Assembly (NCBI GenBank): GCA_044360305.1
Contig: JBIKKQ010000003.1
Location: forward strand, 1-60,447
Origin: Pirellulales bacterium
Lineage (GTDB): Bacteria; Planctomycetota; Planctomycetia; Pirellulales; UBA1268
DNA length: 60,447 nt
Direction of reading: 5' to 3'
Below the pieces are notes generated by a model, which worked only from the letters and a program-made list of their open reading frames with translations, was not told the origin of the DNA and ran no database searches. A program made the translations under genes and the position numbers. This document shows, in pieces, positions 1-9,845 of this stretch (the first letter of the stretch is position 1; the number at the start of each line of letters is the position of its first letter).

Positions 1-939
1 CGGACCTTCGGTGAACTTGTAGCCCTCGCCGACCAGCCGCCAGTCCTCGTCCGCGAGCAGGACCTCCTGCAGCTGCGGGCTGCCCCGGCCCCGGCCGACG
101 GGCCGCGGCCAGCCCTCCCAGAGCCAGGCAACCGCCTCGGGAAACACCTCGATGGCGTGCTTCGCGTCGTGACCGCCGTCGCCCCAGGCATGCCGCACCT
201 CGTAGCCGGCGAAGCTGAGCGACCGCTCCAGCGACTCGTTGGCCAGCCACCAGTCGCCGGCGTAGTTCGACAGGTCGTTCCTCCCTTCCTGGAGGAACAC
301 GCGAATCGGCTTCGGCTCCGTCTTGCGGACGAGCGTGGCGTAGGCATGGCCGCCGCGCAGGCCGGTGAAGCTGCCGATGCCGCTGAACACCCGCGTGAAG
401 GCGTCGGGGCGTTCCCAGGCCGCGGTGAACCCGCAGATTCCGCCGCTGGAGATGCCGGCGATGGCCCGGTCGTTGCCGTTGCGGGAGAGCCGCAGCGGCC
501 GGCCGTCGGTCGCCGTTCGCCGCTCGACGTCGGGAAGCAGTTCGTCGAGGAGAAAGCGGGCGTAATCACCGCTGAGCGTGTCGTATTCATAGCTGCGGTT
601 GAGCCGCTCGACGGCCCCGTCGCGGGCGGCGGGCACGCGGCCCGGATGCACGAACACGCCGATCGTGACCGGCATCGTGCGGTCGTGGATCAGCCGGTCG
701 AAGAGGGCGGGGGCCCCGAGCGGCATGGCGTCCTGGTGGACGTGGACGCAGGCGGGCTTCGTGCCGTCGTACTGCGCGGGCACGTAGACGACGTAGTCGC
801 GGGTCGTGCCCGGATAGACGGCGCTGGCGGCGAACGTGAAGCGGAGCATTTCGCCGGCCGGCGCCGTGGCCGGCTCGGCCGCGGCGGCCGCCGACAGTGG
901 GGCGGCGAGCAACGCCAGGGCGATCGTTCGACGGATCAT
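1..939 (-). CDS. Exported esterase (enterochelin-esterase-like alpha/beta hydrolase) fused to an SMP-30/gluconolactonase domain; runs off the window edge
   Basis: Manual translation from ATG at 939 (not in the ORF track): signal peptide MIRRTIALALLAAP, YVVYVPAQYDG, nucleophile motif GISSGG, GDGGH, then GYKFTEGP at the window edge, typical of an SMP-30 domain start. Confidence 0.8.
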   Translation of the reverse strand, partial: MIRRTIALALLAAPLSAAAAAEPATAPAGEMLRFTFAASAVYPGTTRDYVVYVPAQYDGTKPACVHVHQDAMPLGAPALFDRLIHDRTMPVTIGVFVHPGRVPAARDGAVERLNRSYEYDTLSGDYARFLLDELLPDVERRTATDGRPLRLSRNGNDRAIAGISSGGICGFTAAWERPDAFTRVFSGIGSFTGLRGGHAYATLVRKTEPKPIRVFLQEGRNDLSNYAGDWWLANESLERSLSFAGYEVRHAWGDGGHDAKHAIEVFPEAVAWLWEGWPRPVGRGRGSPQLQEVLLADEDWRLVGEGYKFTEGP

Positions 940-1015
940 GACGCGGTCTCCCGAAGACGGCGGGCAGGATAACACAGATGCGACCGGCGCGGCGGGCGTA
1001 CGCTAGGATGCCTCG

Positions 1016-1903
<888 letters not shown>

Positions 1904-1956
1904 CCAATCGAGGCCCGGCGGCGTGGCCCGGCGGCGTGGCCGGGCAAGGAAGGCGC

Positions 1957-2049
1957 ATGCCGAAGCCACTGTTCATCGCGATCGATCTTCCTGCCGACGT
2001 CACGCGGCGGCTGGCGAAGCTGCTCGGACTGCCGACCAGTGAACGGTGA
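1957..2049 (+). pseudogene. 5' stub resembling an RNA 2',3'-cyclic phosphodiesterase (ThpR/LigT) gene
   Basis: MPKPLFIAIDLPADVTRRLAKLL resembles the ThpR N-terminus (RLFxAIxLP); AAGGAAGG upstream; stops after 30 aa before any HxT motif. Confidence 0.45.
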
Positions 2050-2218
2050 TCGACGCGCCGGCGCGCGTCGATCGAAGTGATTTGCTCCCCACCCGGAAGG
2101 GAGTATGCTCCCGGTTTTCGCGGTCACGCCGCGCGACGTACCTTCAGAGCACTTCACGATGGCACCCACGATGGGCCTCGGCGTCATGGAAGCGGTCCTG
2201 GCGTTGGCCTTCTTTTTT

Positions 2219-2740
2219 GGCGGGCAGATGCACTAGCACGGCCGGCACAACGGCAGCTACCGCTGTGCCAATGCATCCTGGGGAAAGTGCTGGAATTGGC
2301 TCTCGTGCGACCGGGACAGCAAGCTCCTCTTGATCGTGAAAGCGGTCGTCGCCGCGGTGCTGTCGCTCGAAGGCATGCAGGACGCGGTCCTCGCCCGCGC
2401 GAGGGAACTGTATGAGTCGGCCGGCACGCACGAGGCGGAGCTGCGGCGGCTGGAGGTCCGCGAGCAGAAGTTATGGTCGCAGATCGAGCATCTTGGCCAT
2501 GCCGTGGAGCACTCGGGTGGCGAGATCACCTCGCTGGTGAAGCGGCTCGCCGAGCGGGAACGCGACCTCGCGGTCGTGCTCTCGAAGCGCGACGACCTCG
2601 TGGCCAATAGCCGCAAGGATGCCCCGCTGCTGTCGGCCCCCGAGTTGCTCGCCCATCTTGAGAAGGTCAAGGCAGGGCTGCTGGCGGACGAGACGCGGAC
2701 AACGCTGCTCCGCTGCCGGGAAGCCCGAACCGCAAGGTGA
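2219..2740 (+). pseudogene. C-terminal remnant of a large serine recombinase (zinc ribbon + coiled coil)
   Basis: In-frame GGQMH*HGRHNGSYRCANASWGKCWN (in-frame TAG 2234-2236), continuing into a coiled coil (EAELRRLEVREQKL...LVKRLAERERDL); no catalytic N-terminal domain. Confidence 0.55.
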
Positions 2741-2954
2741 GAGAACACTCGCCGCTCACCCGAATGCCGTCCCGCATCCAGCTCGGCTCGCGCATCGGGC
2801 GTCGAGGGCACCGGGATCCGCTTCTCCTCTGACCGGCAGCGGGCCTGAACACCGACAGCGATCGCACGATTCGCGATCCCACCGCCACGGGACGACGCCG
2901 CCACGGCTCGGCTCCCAACCCGCCCGGCTCATCAACTTCTCACGCGTCGGCCCC

Positions 2955-2986
2955 TTGACGCCCCCCCCCCTCCGGTACGTTAACGT
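2955..2986 (+). promoter_or_regulatory. Candidate sigma70-like promoter with C10 tract in the spacer
   Basis: TTGACG (2955-2960), CCCCCCCCCC (2961-2970), TACGTT (2976-2981) / TAACGT (2981-2986), about 100 bp upstream of ATG 3089. Confidence 0.4.
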
Positions 2987-3088
2987 CCCCGCGGAGAGGC
3001 CCTGCCCCCACACGATCTCCTCGTGCAGGGAAGGGGCTCCTCTCCGTCCCGCCGCTGCCCCACCGTTTCTTCCCCCGCCGGTGCCACC

Positions 3089-6000
3089 ATGCTTCGCAAC
3101 CTGTCCGCGCGTTCCCGTTCGCTCATCGCCACGCTCGTCGGCCGTTTGGCCGTGGCGCATCGTCGCCGGTCGCGGCACGGCCACCGCCGCCGGCCGATAG
3201 GCGCCGAACTGCTTGAATCACGCGCCATGCTCGCCACCACGGCCACCCTCTCCGGAGATCTCTCCGGCTTCACCCAGATCCCGGTCACGTTCCTCAGGCC
3301 CGACGGCAGCGTCGGCTTCTCGAGGACCGCCTACGTCGGGCAGCTCGGCTGGTCGGCGATGACCGGCGACGCCGCCGCCGCCGGCGTGCCGGCCGCCTTC
3401 AAGTCGTTCTGCATCGACGGCCTGCAGTCGGTCGCACCGGGTACCAACTCGTTCGCCGAGGTCAGACCCCTGGCCGCCAGCTCCCTGCTCGGCGCGACCC
3501 GGGCGGGGCTGCTGGCCGACTTCTGGCGACAGTACGGCCCCGCAGACGCCGCCGGCTTTGCCGACAAGACCGACTCCGCCGCCTTCCAACTCGCCGTCTG
3601 GGAGATCATCAACGACGGCCTGCCGGTCGGCACCAGGCTGGCCTCCGATCTCGCCACCGGCCAATTCAGCGTCGCCGCCGCAGGGCGCACGATGCCTGCA
3701 GCCCTCCGCGCCGCCCAGTGGCTCGCCGGTTTCGACACCACCGCACCCGGCAAGACCGCCGTCGCGCTCCACGCCCTGCAAAGCCCGACCAGGCAGGACC
3801 AAGTGGTCTGCGTGCCGATCGTCGATCTCGACGTGGACAGCGACAACGACGGCACCGTCATGCGGTCGGTGCTCGAGGAGCGAGAGGAGGACGCGGGGGT
3901 GGCAAACGGCTCGACCTCCCCCACCAAGCCCGGCCTCATTGTGCCTGTCGGGGGCAGCCGCGCGCAGATGATCGTGGAGGTCCCCGCGGGACGCACCGCC
4001 ACGCTTGCGATCCCCCAGGGCGCCGAGAGGGTGCGAGTGTATGCACCCAACGACCCCACTCCGCTCGCCTTCCCGCTCTCCGTGTCCGCCCCGGCGGGCA
4101 CCAGAAGCACGACCTTGACCTCCTGGATCGAAGCCGTCGCCCCGAGCGCGAGCATGGCCGACATCGTCTTCACGCTCACGACCACCGGCAGCGGCCCGGT
4201 ATCGAGCGACACCGTCCGCGCCACTGCGGTGGCGGTAGATCTCGACGTGGACAGCAACAACGACAGCACGATCGATCCCGACAACGGCTCGGCTGGGACC
4301 GATGACCGGATCGAGAACGAACCCGAAACGCCCGGAGTGCGGCTGCCCGCCAAAGGCCAACGCACTGAAATGCGTCTGGCAGCGCATGCAACACAGCCCA
4401 CGGCGTCACGACTGCAGATCGATTCGGGCGCCGGCAACGTCGAACTGTGGGATGCCCCGACCGGCGGCACGCGGCTCATGCTCGATGCTGCAGACGGCAT
4501 CCGCTGGGCCGCCGGGCAGCGGCCTGCTGCCGTGTGGATCCAAGCCGTTCGCCCCAGCGACGAAGTCGGCGACATCCGCTTCACGCTCACCGAATCATTC
4601 GGCGCATCGGGCAACTTGATCACTCTCTCGGACGCCGTCCGAGCGACGGCGATGGCGGAAGTCATTTTGTTCTTTCACTTCGACACGCAAACCGCCCTTG
4701 ATGACCTTGAAGACAGCCTGCCGCCGCCCACCGCGGTCGACCAGACCGGCATGCTCGTCCTGACGCCCGCGGACTCGGCGGCGCTCCAGGCCCGCCGGGC
4801 TGCTTGGCTCGCGGGGCATCTGGCCACGCCTACGGTCGCCGGCACTGTCAAATCTTTCGCCGAACTGCAGAACGCCGTGACGGCCGCCGAAGCGAAACTC
4901 ACTTCGGCCCGGGCCGCTGCGGCGGCCATGACGAGCATGCGGAGGCAGCCATCGCAGCATACCAGTCAGCAGTATCTGTCGGCCGTCGAATCGGCTTTGT
5001 ACGCGCACGATGAATACCTCCATGCAGTTCAGGTGGCACAGAAGGTGCAAGCCAACTTCCTTGCCGACCAGAGTTGGATCTCTTCCCGGGACGAGGCCCT
5101 CTTGCAGCGGTTCTTTGCGTTACCCGTGCGGATCGACGGTCTGGAGGCCGACATCACGCCCGAGCAGTGGCGGGGGCTGACGGACTCGTTCGACGGTGTC
5201 CGGGCGAGTCTCGACCGCCTCGACGACAACCTGGGCCGGGCGGCAGGCGGCCTCCGGGCCACCCGCGACGTGCTCGCGGGCGGCGTCATCGCGGTCGGAG
5301 CTGTGTACGTGTTGCCGGTAAGCGTGGCCGTGTACGCCGGAGGTACGATCCTGGCCGGTGGAGCGATTCTCTCCGGGGCGAAGCGCTGGGATGCCGGCCA
5401 GTCGGAGTTCGAGGTCGTGTTCGGCGCTGCGGCCGATACGGCCGGCGTCACCAGCTTCTCGCTGGGCCTCTGGGGCACAGACCCCGTGACGGGTCAGGAA
5501 GTCGCCCTCACGCCCGAGGACGGCACCTATGAACTGATCGTCGGTGCATCGAGCATCTCGATGCTCGTAGGCATGCCGTTTGCCAACGGCCTCCGCGGCC
5601 CGACGACACGGATTCCGATGCCCAAGCCGCAGGTGCAGTTCGTCGAGTCATTCTCGGTCGTGGGCGACACGGTGGTTGCCAGCCCCGTCCCCGTTCCGGT
5701 CGTCACCTGGACGAAGGGAGCGATCGAGGTTTCCCATCAGGGCGTCGCGATCGGCTCCGCGTACGCCGGCACCACGCGCATCGTGGCTATGATGGCCAGC
5801 GGGCCGGGAAACAACCCCAACCTGGTAGGCTCGGCCGCTCAGGCAGAACTCCGTGACGTCGGCACGCTCCAGGGAAAAACGAGGGCCGAGATCGAAAACA
5901 TGCTGCAGCAACGCGGCTACACGGCTGTGCCCAATCGAGCAAATGATGGTGGCAAGGTATGGACGAAGAGTTTCGCGGACGGATCGACTGCGGTGGTTCG

Positions 6001-6184
6001 GACTGACCCCGGGAACATCAATCTTCCGCAAGGCTATGCTGGGCGGGTGGCCCATGCCCACAAGGAAATCGTTCCTTCAGCGAACGTCGTCAATGGGGAC
6101 TATCGGGGACGTGCAACAAAGCTCGACGACCTTGGTAACCCGTCTACCATCCACAGCGCAACCCACATTCCTATCGCTTGGTAA
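3089..6184 (+). CDS. Exported multidomain polymorphic-toxin-like protein: planctomycete export motif, thioester (TED)-like domain, two Asp-rich modules, hydrophobic pre-toxin region, C-terminal putative nuclease tip
   Basis: Arg-rich leader plus ELLESRAMLA; FCID / FQLAVW / RQDQVV; VDLDVDS(D/N)ND twice; Gly/Ala-rich hydrophobic stretch; His-containing C-terminal ~125 aa (HAHKE...THIPI) with visibly lower GC. Confidence 0.7.
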   Translation: MLRNLSARSRSLIATLVGRLAVAHRRRSRHGHRRRPIGAELLESRAMLATTATLSGDLSGFTQIPVTFLRPDGSVGFSRTAYVGQLGWSAMTGDAAAAGVPAAFKSFCIDGLQSVAPGTNSFAEVRPLAASSLLGATRAGLLADFWRQYGPADAAGFADKTDSAAFQLAVWEIINDGLPVGTRLASDLATGQFSVAAAGRTMPAALRAAQWLAGFDTTAPGKTAVALHALQSPTRQDQVVCVPIVDLDVDSDNDGTVMRSVLEEREEDAGVANGSTSPTKPGLIVPVGGSRAQMIVEVPAGRTATLAIPQGAERVRVYAPNDPTPLAFPLSVSAPAGTRSTTLTSWIEAVAPSASMADIVFTLTTTGSGPVSSDTVRATAVAVDLDVDSNNDSTIDPDNGSAGTDDRIENEPETPGVRLPAKGQRTEMRLAAHATQPTASRLQIDSGAGNVELWDAPTGGTRLMLDAADGIRWAAGQRPAAVWIQAVRPSDEVGDIRFTLTESFGASGNLITLSDAVRATAMAEVILFFHFDTQTALDDLEDSLPPPTAVDQTGMLVLTPADSAALQARRAAWLAGHLATPTVAGTVKSFAELQNAVTAAEAKLTSARAAAAAMTSMRRQPSQHTSQQYLSAVESALYAHDEYLHAVQVAQKVQANFLADQSWISSRDEALLQRFFALPVRIDGLEADITPEQWRGLTDSFDGVRASLDRLDDNLGRAAGGLRATRDVLAGGVIAVGAVYVLPVSVAVYAGGTILAGGAILSGAKRWDAGQSEFEVVFGAAADTAGVTSFSLGLWGTDPVTGQEVALTPEDGTYELIVGASSISMLVGMPFANGLRGPTTRIPMPKPQVQFVESFSVVGDTVVASPVPVPVVTWTKGAIEVSHQGVAIGSAYAGTTRIVAMMASGPGNNPNLVGSAAQAELRDVGTLQGKTRAEIENMLQQRGYTAVPNRANDGGKVWTKSFADGSTAVVRTDPGNINLPQGYAGRVAHAHKEIVPSANVVNGDYRGRATKLDDLGNPSTIHSATHIPIAW
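3821..4657 (+). repeat. Two tandem ~138-codon intragenic modules
   Basis: Both begin VDLDVDS(D/N)ND (3821 and 4235, near-identical DNA) and end DI.FTLT...SD(T/A)VRATA. Confidence 0.75.
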
Positions 6185-6198
6185 GCGAGGCAACAGCA

Positions 6199-6645
6199 AT
6201 GCAACATGATCTTGATAGGGCGCGAATCGTCGCCGCCGAACTGGCTGGCAGTGGTGAGCCGGTCGTCACGAAAGCCATTTTGGAAGCGGGTCTGGCGGAA
6301 ACGGTTGTCGCCGATCTTGTAAGGCTTCATACGCTCGAATCAGGCAGACCGGAAGACGGCGTCATTAGTTTAATGACCTCGCTGGGGGCCTTCGCATTAC
6401 GCTATCCCTACGAAGGCTGTCTGCTGATGGTTGCACTCTACCCGCTCGCGGGTGATCTGTACCTTCATGGCGAATGCGATGCTGTTGACGAATACATCTA
6501 CCATCTTCACCCTGCTGGGTTGGAGACGCGATTAAGAGGCTTTGCCGCCCAGCCATCCGATCCTCATGAAATGCGGAAGAAGTACCTGGAGTGGGCCGAC
6601 TGTATTGCCGAGTCTGCGACAAGGAACCAGCCGGACCAAAACTGA
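6199..6645 (+). CDS. Putative cognate immunity protein
   Basis: 148-aa ORF starting 14 bp after the toxin-like stop, GAGG upstream, same lower-GC character as the toxin tip, no signal peptide. Confidence 0.6.
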   Translation: MQHDLDRARIVAAELAGSGEPVVTKAILEAGLAETVVADLVRLHTLESGRPEDGVISLMTSLGAFALRYPYEGCLLMVALYPLAGDLYLHGECDAVDEYIYHLHPAGLETRLRGFAAQPSDPHEMRKKYLEWADCIAESATRNQPDQN

Positions 6646-6656
6646 GATCGGACGCA

Positions 6657-6950
6657 GTGCTCGCGGGTGGCGTCATCGCTGTCGGAGCGGTTGACGTGTT
6701 GCCTGTAGGCTGGGACGTGTACGCCGGAAGCACGCTCCTGGCCGGTGGAGCGATTCTCTCCGGGGCCAATCGCTGGAACGCCGGCCAATCTGAACTCGAG
6801 GTCGTGGGCGACACAGTGGTCGCCAATCCCGTCCGGGTTCCAGCCATCACCTGGACGAAGGGAGCGATCGAAGTCTCCCATCAGGGCGTCGCGATCGGCT
6901 CCGCGTACGCAGGCACCACCCGCATCGTGGCTATGATGGCGAGTGGGCCG
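6657..6950 (+). repeat. Orphan, internally deleted copy of the pre-toxin region
   Basis: 6657-6806 matches 5270-5419 and 6807-6950 matches 5663-5806; homology ends exactly at the codons for MMASGP. Confidence 0.9.
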
Positions 6951-6981
6951 ATGCTGAATGGCGCACCAACGGCGTCCCCCC

Positions 6982-7201
6982 GCAGCCGCTCTTGACCGCC
7001 TCACGTATCGCTGCCACATCCTGGAAGCCAAAGGCGAGAACTTTCGTCTCAGGCACGCCCGTCGGCGGCAGCGGCGGGCGGCTGGCCCGTCCTGACCGCA
7101 CCATGCTTGGAGCAACCAGCTACCCCATAGGTAGATTCAATCCAACCCCAGCGCTGCACTTTTCGGCCGCCCCGCGCTGCACTTTTCAACCGGCGTTCAC
7201 A
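6982..7201 (+). mobile_element. istB: IS21-family remnant: istB 3' end plus right terminus
   Basis: 6982-7095 encodes AAALDRLTYRCHILEAKGENFRLRHARRR (IstB C-terminal motif); GCGCTGCACTTTTC repeated at 7151-7164 and 7174-7187; ends ...CCGGCGTTCACA at 7201 (CA terminus). Confidence 0.8.
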
Positions 7202-7564
7202 GGCAGGACTATGCGGTGGACCGGCCACTCGGCGTCCTGCTTCACCACGAGCGGGACCGGCTGTGCCTGCTTGTTGGGAAGCGGATGGGGAGGGGCATTG
7301 GCCGAGGCGCCCGCGGCCATCAGCGCCGCGGCAAACATCGCCGAGCCGAGCGTGAATGCATGCTGGCGGGCCGGCGTACTCGGGCAGAACTGCTGCGGTC
7401 ATGGGAGGGGCTCCTGATGGTGGTGAACAACCGCAAAACATGGTGGCCAACGGTTGGACGCGCCGGATCCGAAAAAAGTCCCCGGGTCGGGCCAAATTTT
7501 TGGATATGGGCGAATCCTGGGGCCGGGCCGGCGGATATGCCGGTGTTCTTCGCAGGCCCCCGGC

Positions 7565-7900
7565 TCAGCGGCGCCAGCGGCGGACGACCCGCGGGCTCGA
7601 CCGCGGCACCGACCGCGAGCCGCCGGCCTCGACGATCGCGCCGGCTCCGGCGCCGCCCCCCACGACGCCCCCCACCCAGACGCCCGATGACCGCGGCACG
7701 GACCGGGTCGGAGCGTTGTAGTACGGCCAGACGCGACGCCCCTCCCGCTGCGCCCGCTCCCACTGCATCGAGCCGTAGTTGATGCCCGAGAGGTTGAAGG
7801 TGCGGTAGGGGTTCTGCGGCGAGATGGCCGCGCCGGGCGTGGCGGCCAGGGCGACGGCGAGCGTGACGGCGGGCAGGAGAACGCGGTGCAAACGGAGCAT
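7565..7900 (-). CDS. Small exported hypothetical protein
   Basis: Signal peptide (LLPAVTLAVALAATPGAA) then ISPQNPYRTFNLSGINYGSMQWE. Confidence 0.6.
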   Translation of the reverse strand: MLRLHRVLLPAVTLAVALAATPGAAISPQNPYRTFNLSGINYGSMQWERAQREGRRVWPYYNAPTRSVPRSSGVWVGGVVGGGAGAGAIVEAGGSRSVPRSSPRVVRRWRR

Positions 7901-8069
7901 GGCAGCGGCCTCGACGGTGAGTTTCCGGCGGTCCGGCCGGTGCAGACTCTACGAGAACGGGCCCGGCCCGGTTCGGTCAACGCCCCGGCCGCGGCCGCCC
8001 CGCTCACCGGCGTCCGCTGCGCGGTATGCTCGGCGGCTCGATCTCCGACGCGGATTCCGCAGGCAGGGC

Positions 8070-8732
8070 ATGAGCATCCCGACGACGAACGTCCGTGGCC
8101 CGTCCGGCGAACGGGCCCGGTTCATCGCCCTCGACGGCATCGACGGTGCGGGTAAATCGTCGCAGATCGCGGCGCTCGCCGACTGGCTCGCCGCCCGCGG
8201 CCGGCGTGTCGTCACCTGCCGCGACCCGGGGGCCACGGCCGCCGGGGACGCGATCCGGGCGATCCTCCTCGACCGGCACGATCTCCGGCTCTCCCCGACC
8301 GCCGAGATGCTGCTCTACATGGCGGCCCGCGCCCAGCTCGTCGCCGAGGTGATCGCCCCGGCGCTCGCCCGCGGCGACTGGGTCGTCTCCGACCGGTATC
8401 TGCTTGCCAACGTCGTCTATCAGGGGCACGCCGGCGGTCTCGATCCGGAGACGATCCGTGCGGTCGGCGCCGTGGCCACCGCCTGCATCATGCCCGACCT
8501 GGTGGTCGTGCTCGACGTGGACCTGGAGACGGCCGCCCGCCGGCTCGACCGGCCGCTCGACCGGCTGGAGAGCCGCGGCGACGAATACCGTCGCCGACTC
8601 CGCGATGGATACCATGCGGAGGCGGCCCGCAGCCCGGACTCGATCGTGCTCGTCGATGCCCGCGGCGACCGCGACGACGTCGCGGCCGCGGTGCGGGCCG
8701 AGGTGGCCGCCCGGTTCCCGGAACTGGAGTGA
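8070..8732 (+). CDS. tmk: Thymidylate kinase
   Basis: FIALDGIDGAGKSSQ P-loop, DRY motif, PDLVVVLDV; upstream of holB. Confidence 0.95.
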   Translation: MSIPTTNVRGPSGERARFIALDGIDGAGKSSQIAALADWLAARGRRVVTCRDPGATAAGDAIRAILLDRHDLRLSPTAEMLLYMAARAQLVAEVIAPALARGDWVVSDRYLLANVVYQGHAGGLDPETIRAVGAVATACIMPDLVVVLDVDLETAARRLDRPLDRLESRGDEYRRRLRDGYHAEAARSPDSIVLVDARGDRDDVAAAVRAEVAARFPELE

Positions 8733-9796
8733 CGCGCATGGCCTGGCAGGGCATCCGGGGACACGACGCGATCGCGGCCACGTTCGCCCGGGCGCAGGCG
8801 GCCGGCCGGATCGCCGGGTCGTACCTGTTCATCGGCCCCGCGGGGGTCGGCAAGACCGCCTTCGCGCGGGCCCTCGCCCGGGCCCTCGTCTGCCAGTCGC
8901 CGCGGCCGGGGCTGGTGGCCTGCGGGGCCTGCGGTTCCTGCCTGCAGGCGGCCGCCGGCAGCCATCCCGACATCGACGTGGTGGAGAAGCCGGCCGACCG
9001 GGCGACGATCCCGATCGATTTGCTGATCGGGTCCCAGGAGCAGCGGATGCGCGAGGGGCTGGTGTGGCGGCTGCTCCTGCAGCCGGCGCTCGGCGGCCGC
9101 AAGGTGGCGATCATCCTTGACGCCGATCACCTTGCGGACGAGGGAGCCAACTGCCTGCTGAAGACGCTGGAGGAACCGCCGACGGCGGCCGTGATCATCC
9201 TCGTCGGCACCGAACTCGAGCGGCAACTGCCCACGATCCGCTCCCGCTGCCAGATCGTCCGCTTCCGGCCGCTGGCGCCGGACGACCTCGTCGCGGTCCT
9301 CGCCGATGAAGTCGCGCGGACCGGCGTGCAGGCCGATGCGGCCACGCTCGCGGCGGCCGCGGCGACGGCCGGGGGCAGCCTCGCGCGGGCGCGACTGCTG
9401 CTCGATCCGGAGCTGACCGATTTCCTGCGCCGGCTGGTGGACCTGCTGGGCCGGCGGCCGCTCCACGGCGTCGATCTCGCCCGCCACACGATCGCCTTCG
9501 TCGAGGCGGCGGGCAAGGAGGCCCCGCCGCGCCGGGCCCGGCTGCGGGTCGTGCTCGAAACCACGATCGATCTGCTCCGGGCCGCAATTCGCGTCGGCGT
9601 GACCGGCGGGCCGGCGGCCGATTCCCCGTTCGCCGCGGCCCTGCCCGCCTGGTCGGGGGACGTCGATGCCACGGAGGCGGCGCTGCGGCACACGCTCGCG
9701 GCCGTCGAGGGGATCGACCGCAACGCCCACCTCGGCACGCTCGTCGATGCCTGGACCGCGGTTCTCGAGGAACCGCGGCTTGCCCAGCCTGCCTGA
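8729..9796 (+). CDS. holB: DNA polymerase III delta' subunit
   Basis: YLFIGPAGVGK, CGACGSC zinc motif, HPD, ANCLLKTLEEPP, LPTIRSRC; overlaps the tmk stop. Confidence 0.93.
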   Translation: MTRMAWQGIRGHDAIAATFARAQAAGRIAGSYLFIGPAGVGKTAFARALARALVCQSPRPGLVACGACGSCLQAAAGSHPDIDVVEKPADRATIPIDLLIGSQEQRMREGLVWRLLLQPALGGRKVAIILDADHLADEGANCLLKTLEEPPTAAVIILVGTELERQLPTIRSRCQIVRFRPLAPDDLVAVLADEVARTGVQADAATLAAAAATAGGSLARARLLLDPELTDFLRRLVDLLGRRPLHGVDLARHTIAFVEAAGKEAPPRRARLRVVLETTIDLLRAAIRVGVTGGPAADSPFAAALPAWSGDVDATEAALRHTLAAVEGIDRNAHLGTLVDAWTAVLEEPRLAQPA

Positions 9797-9845
9797 GCGG
9801 CCGCCCGCCGGTTAGCCCCGTCCCCCCAATGCCCCGGGGCCGCCC

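Noticed and set aside
157-972. 271-aa plus-strand ORF
   Set aside because: Antisense shadow of the real minus-strand esterase/gluconolactonase gene
5270-6950. Diversity-generating retroelement TR/VR pair
   Set aside because: Mismatches are not adenine-specific, there is no reverse transcriptase, and the repeat precedes rather than covers the variable tip
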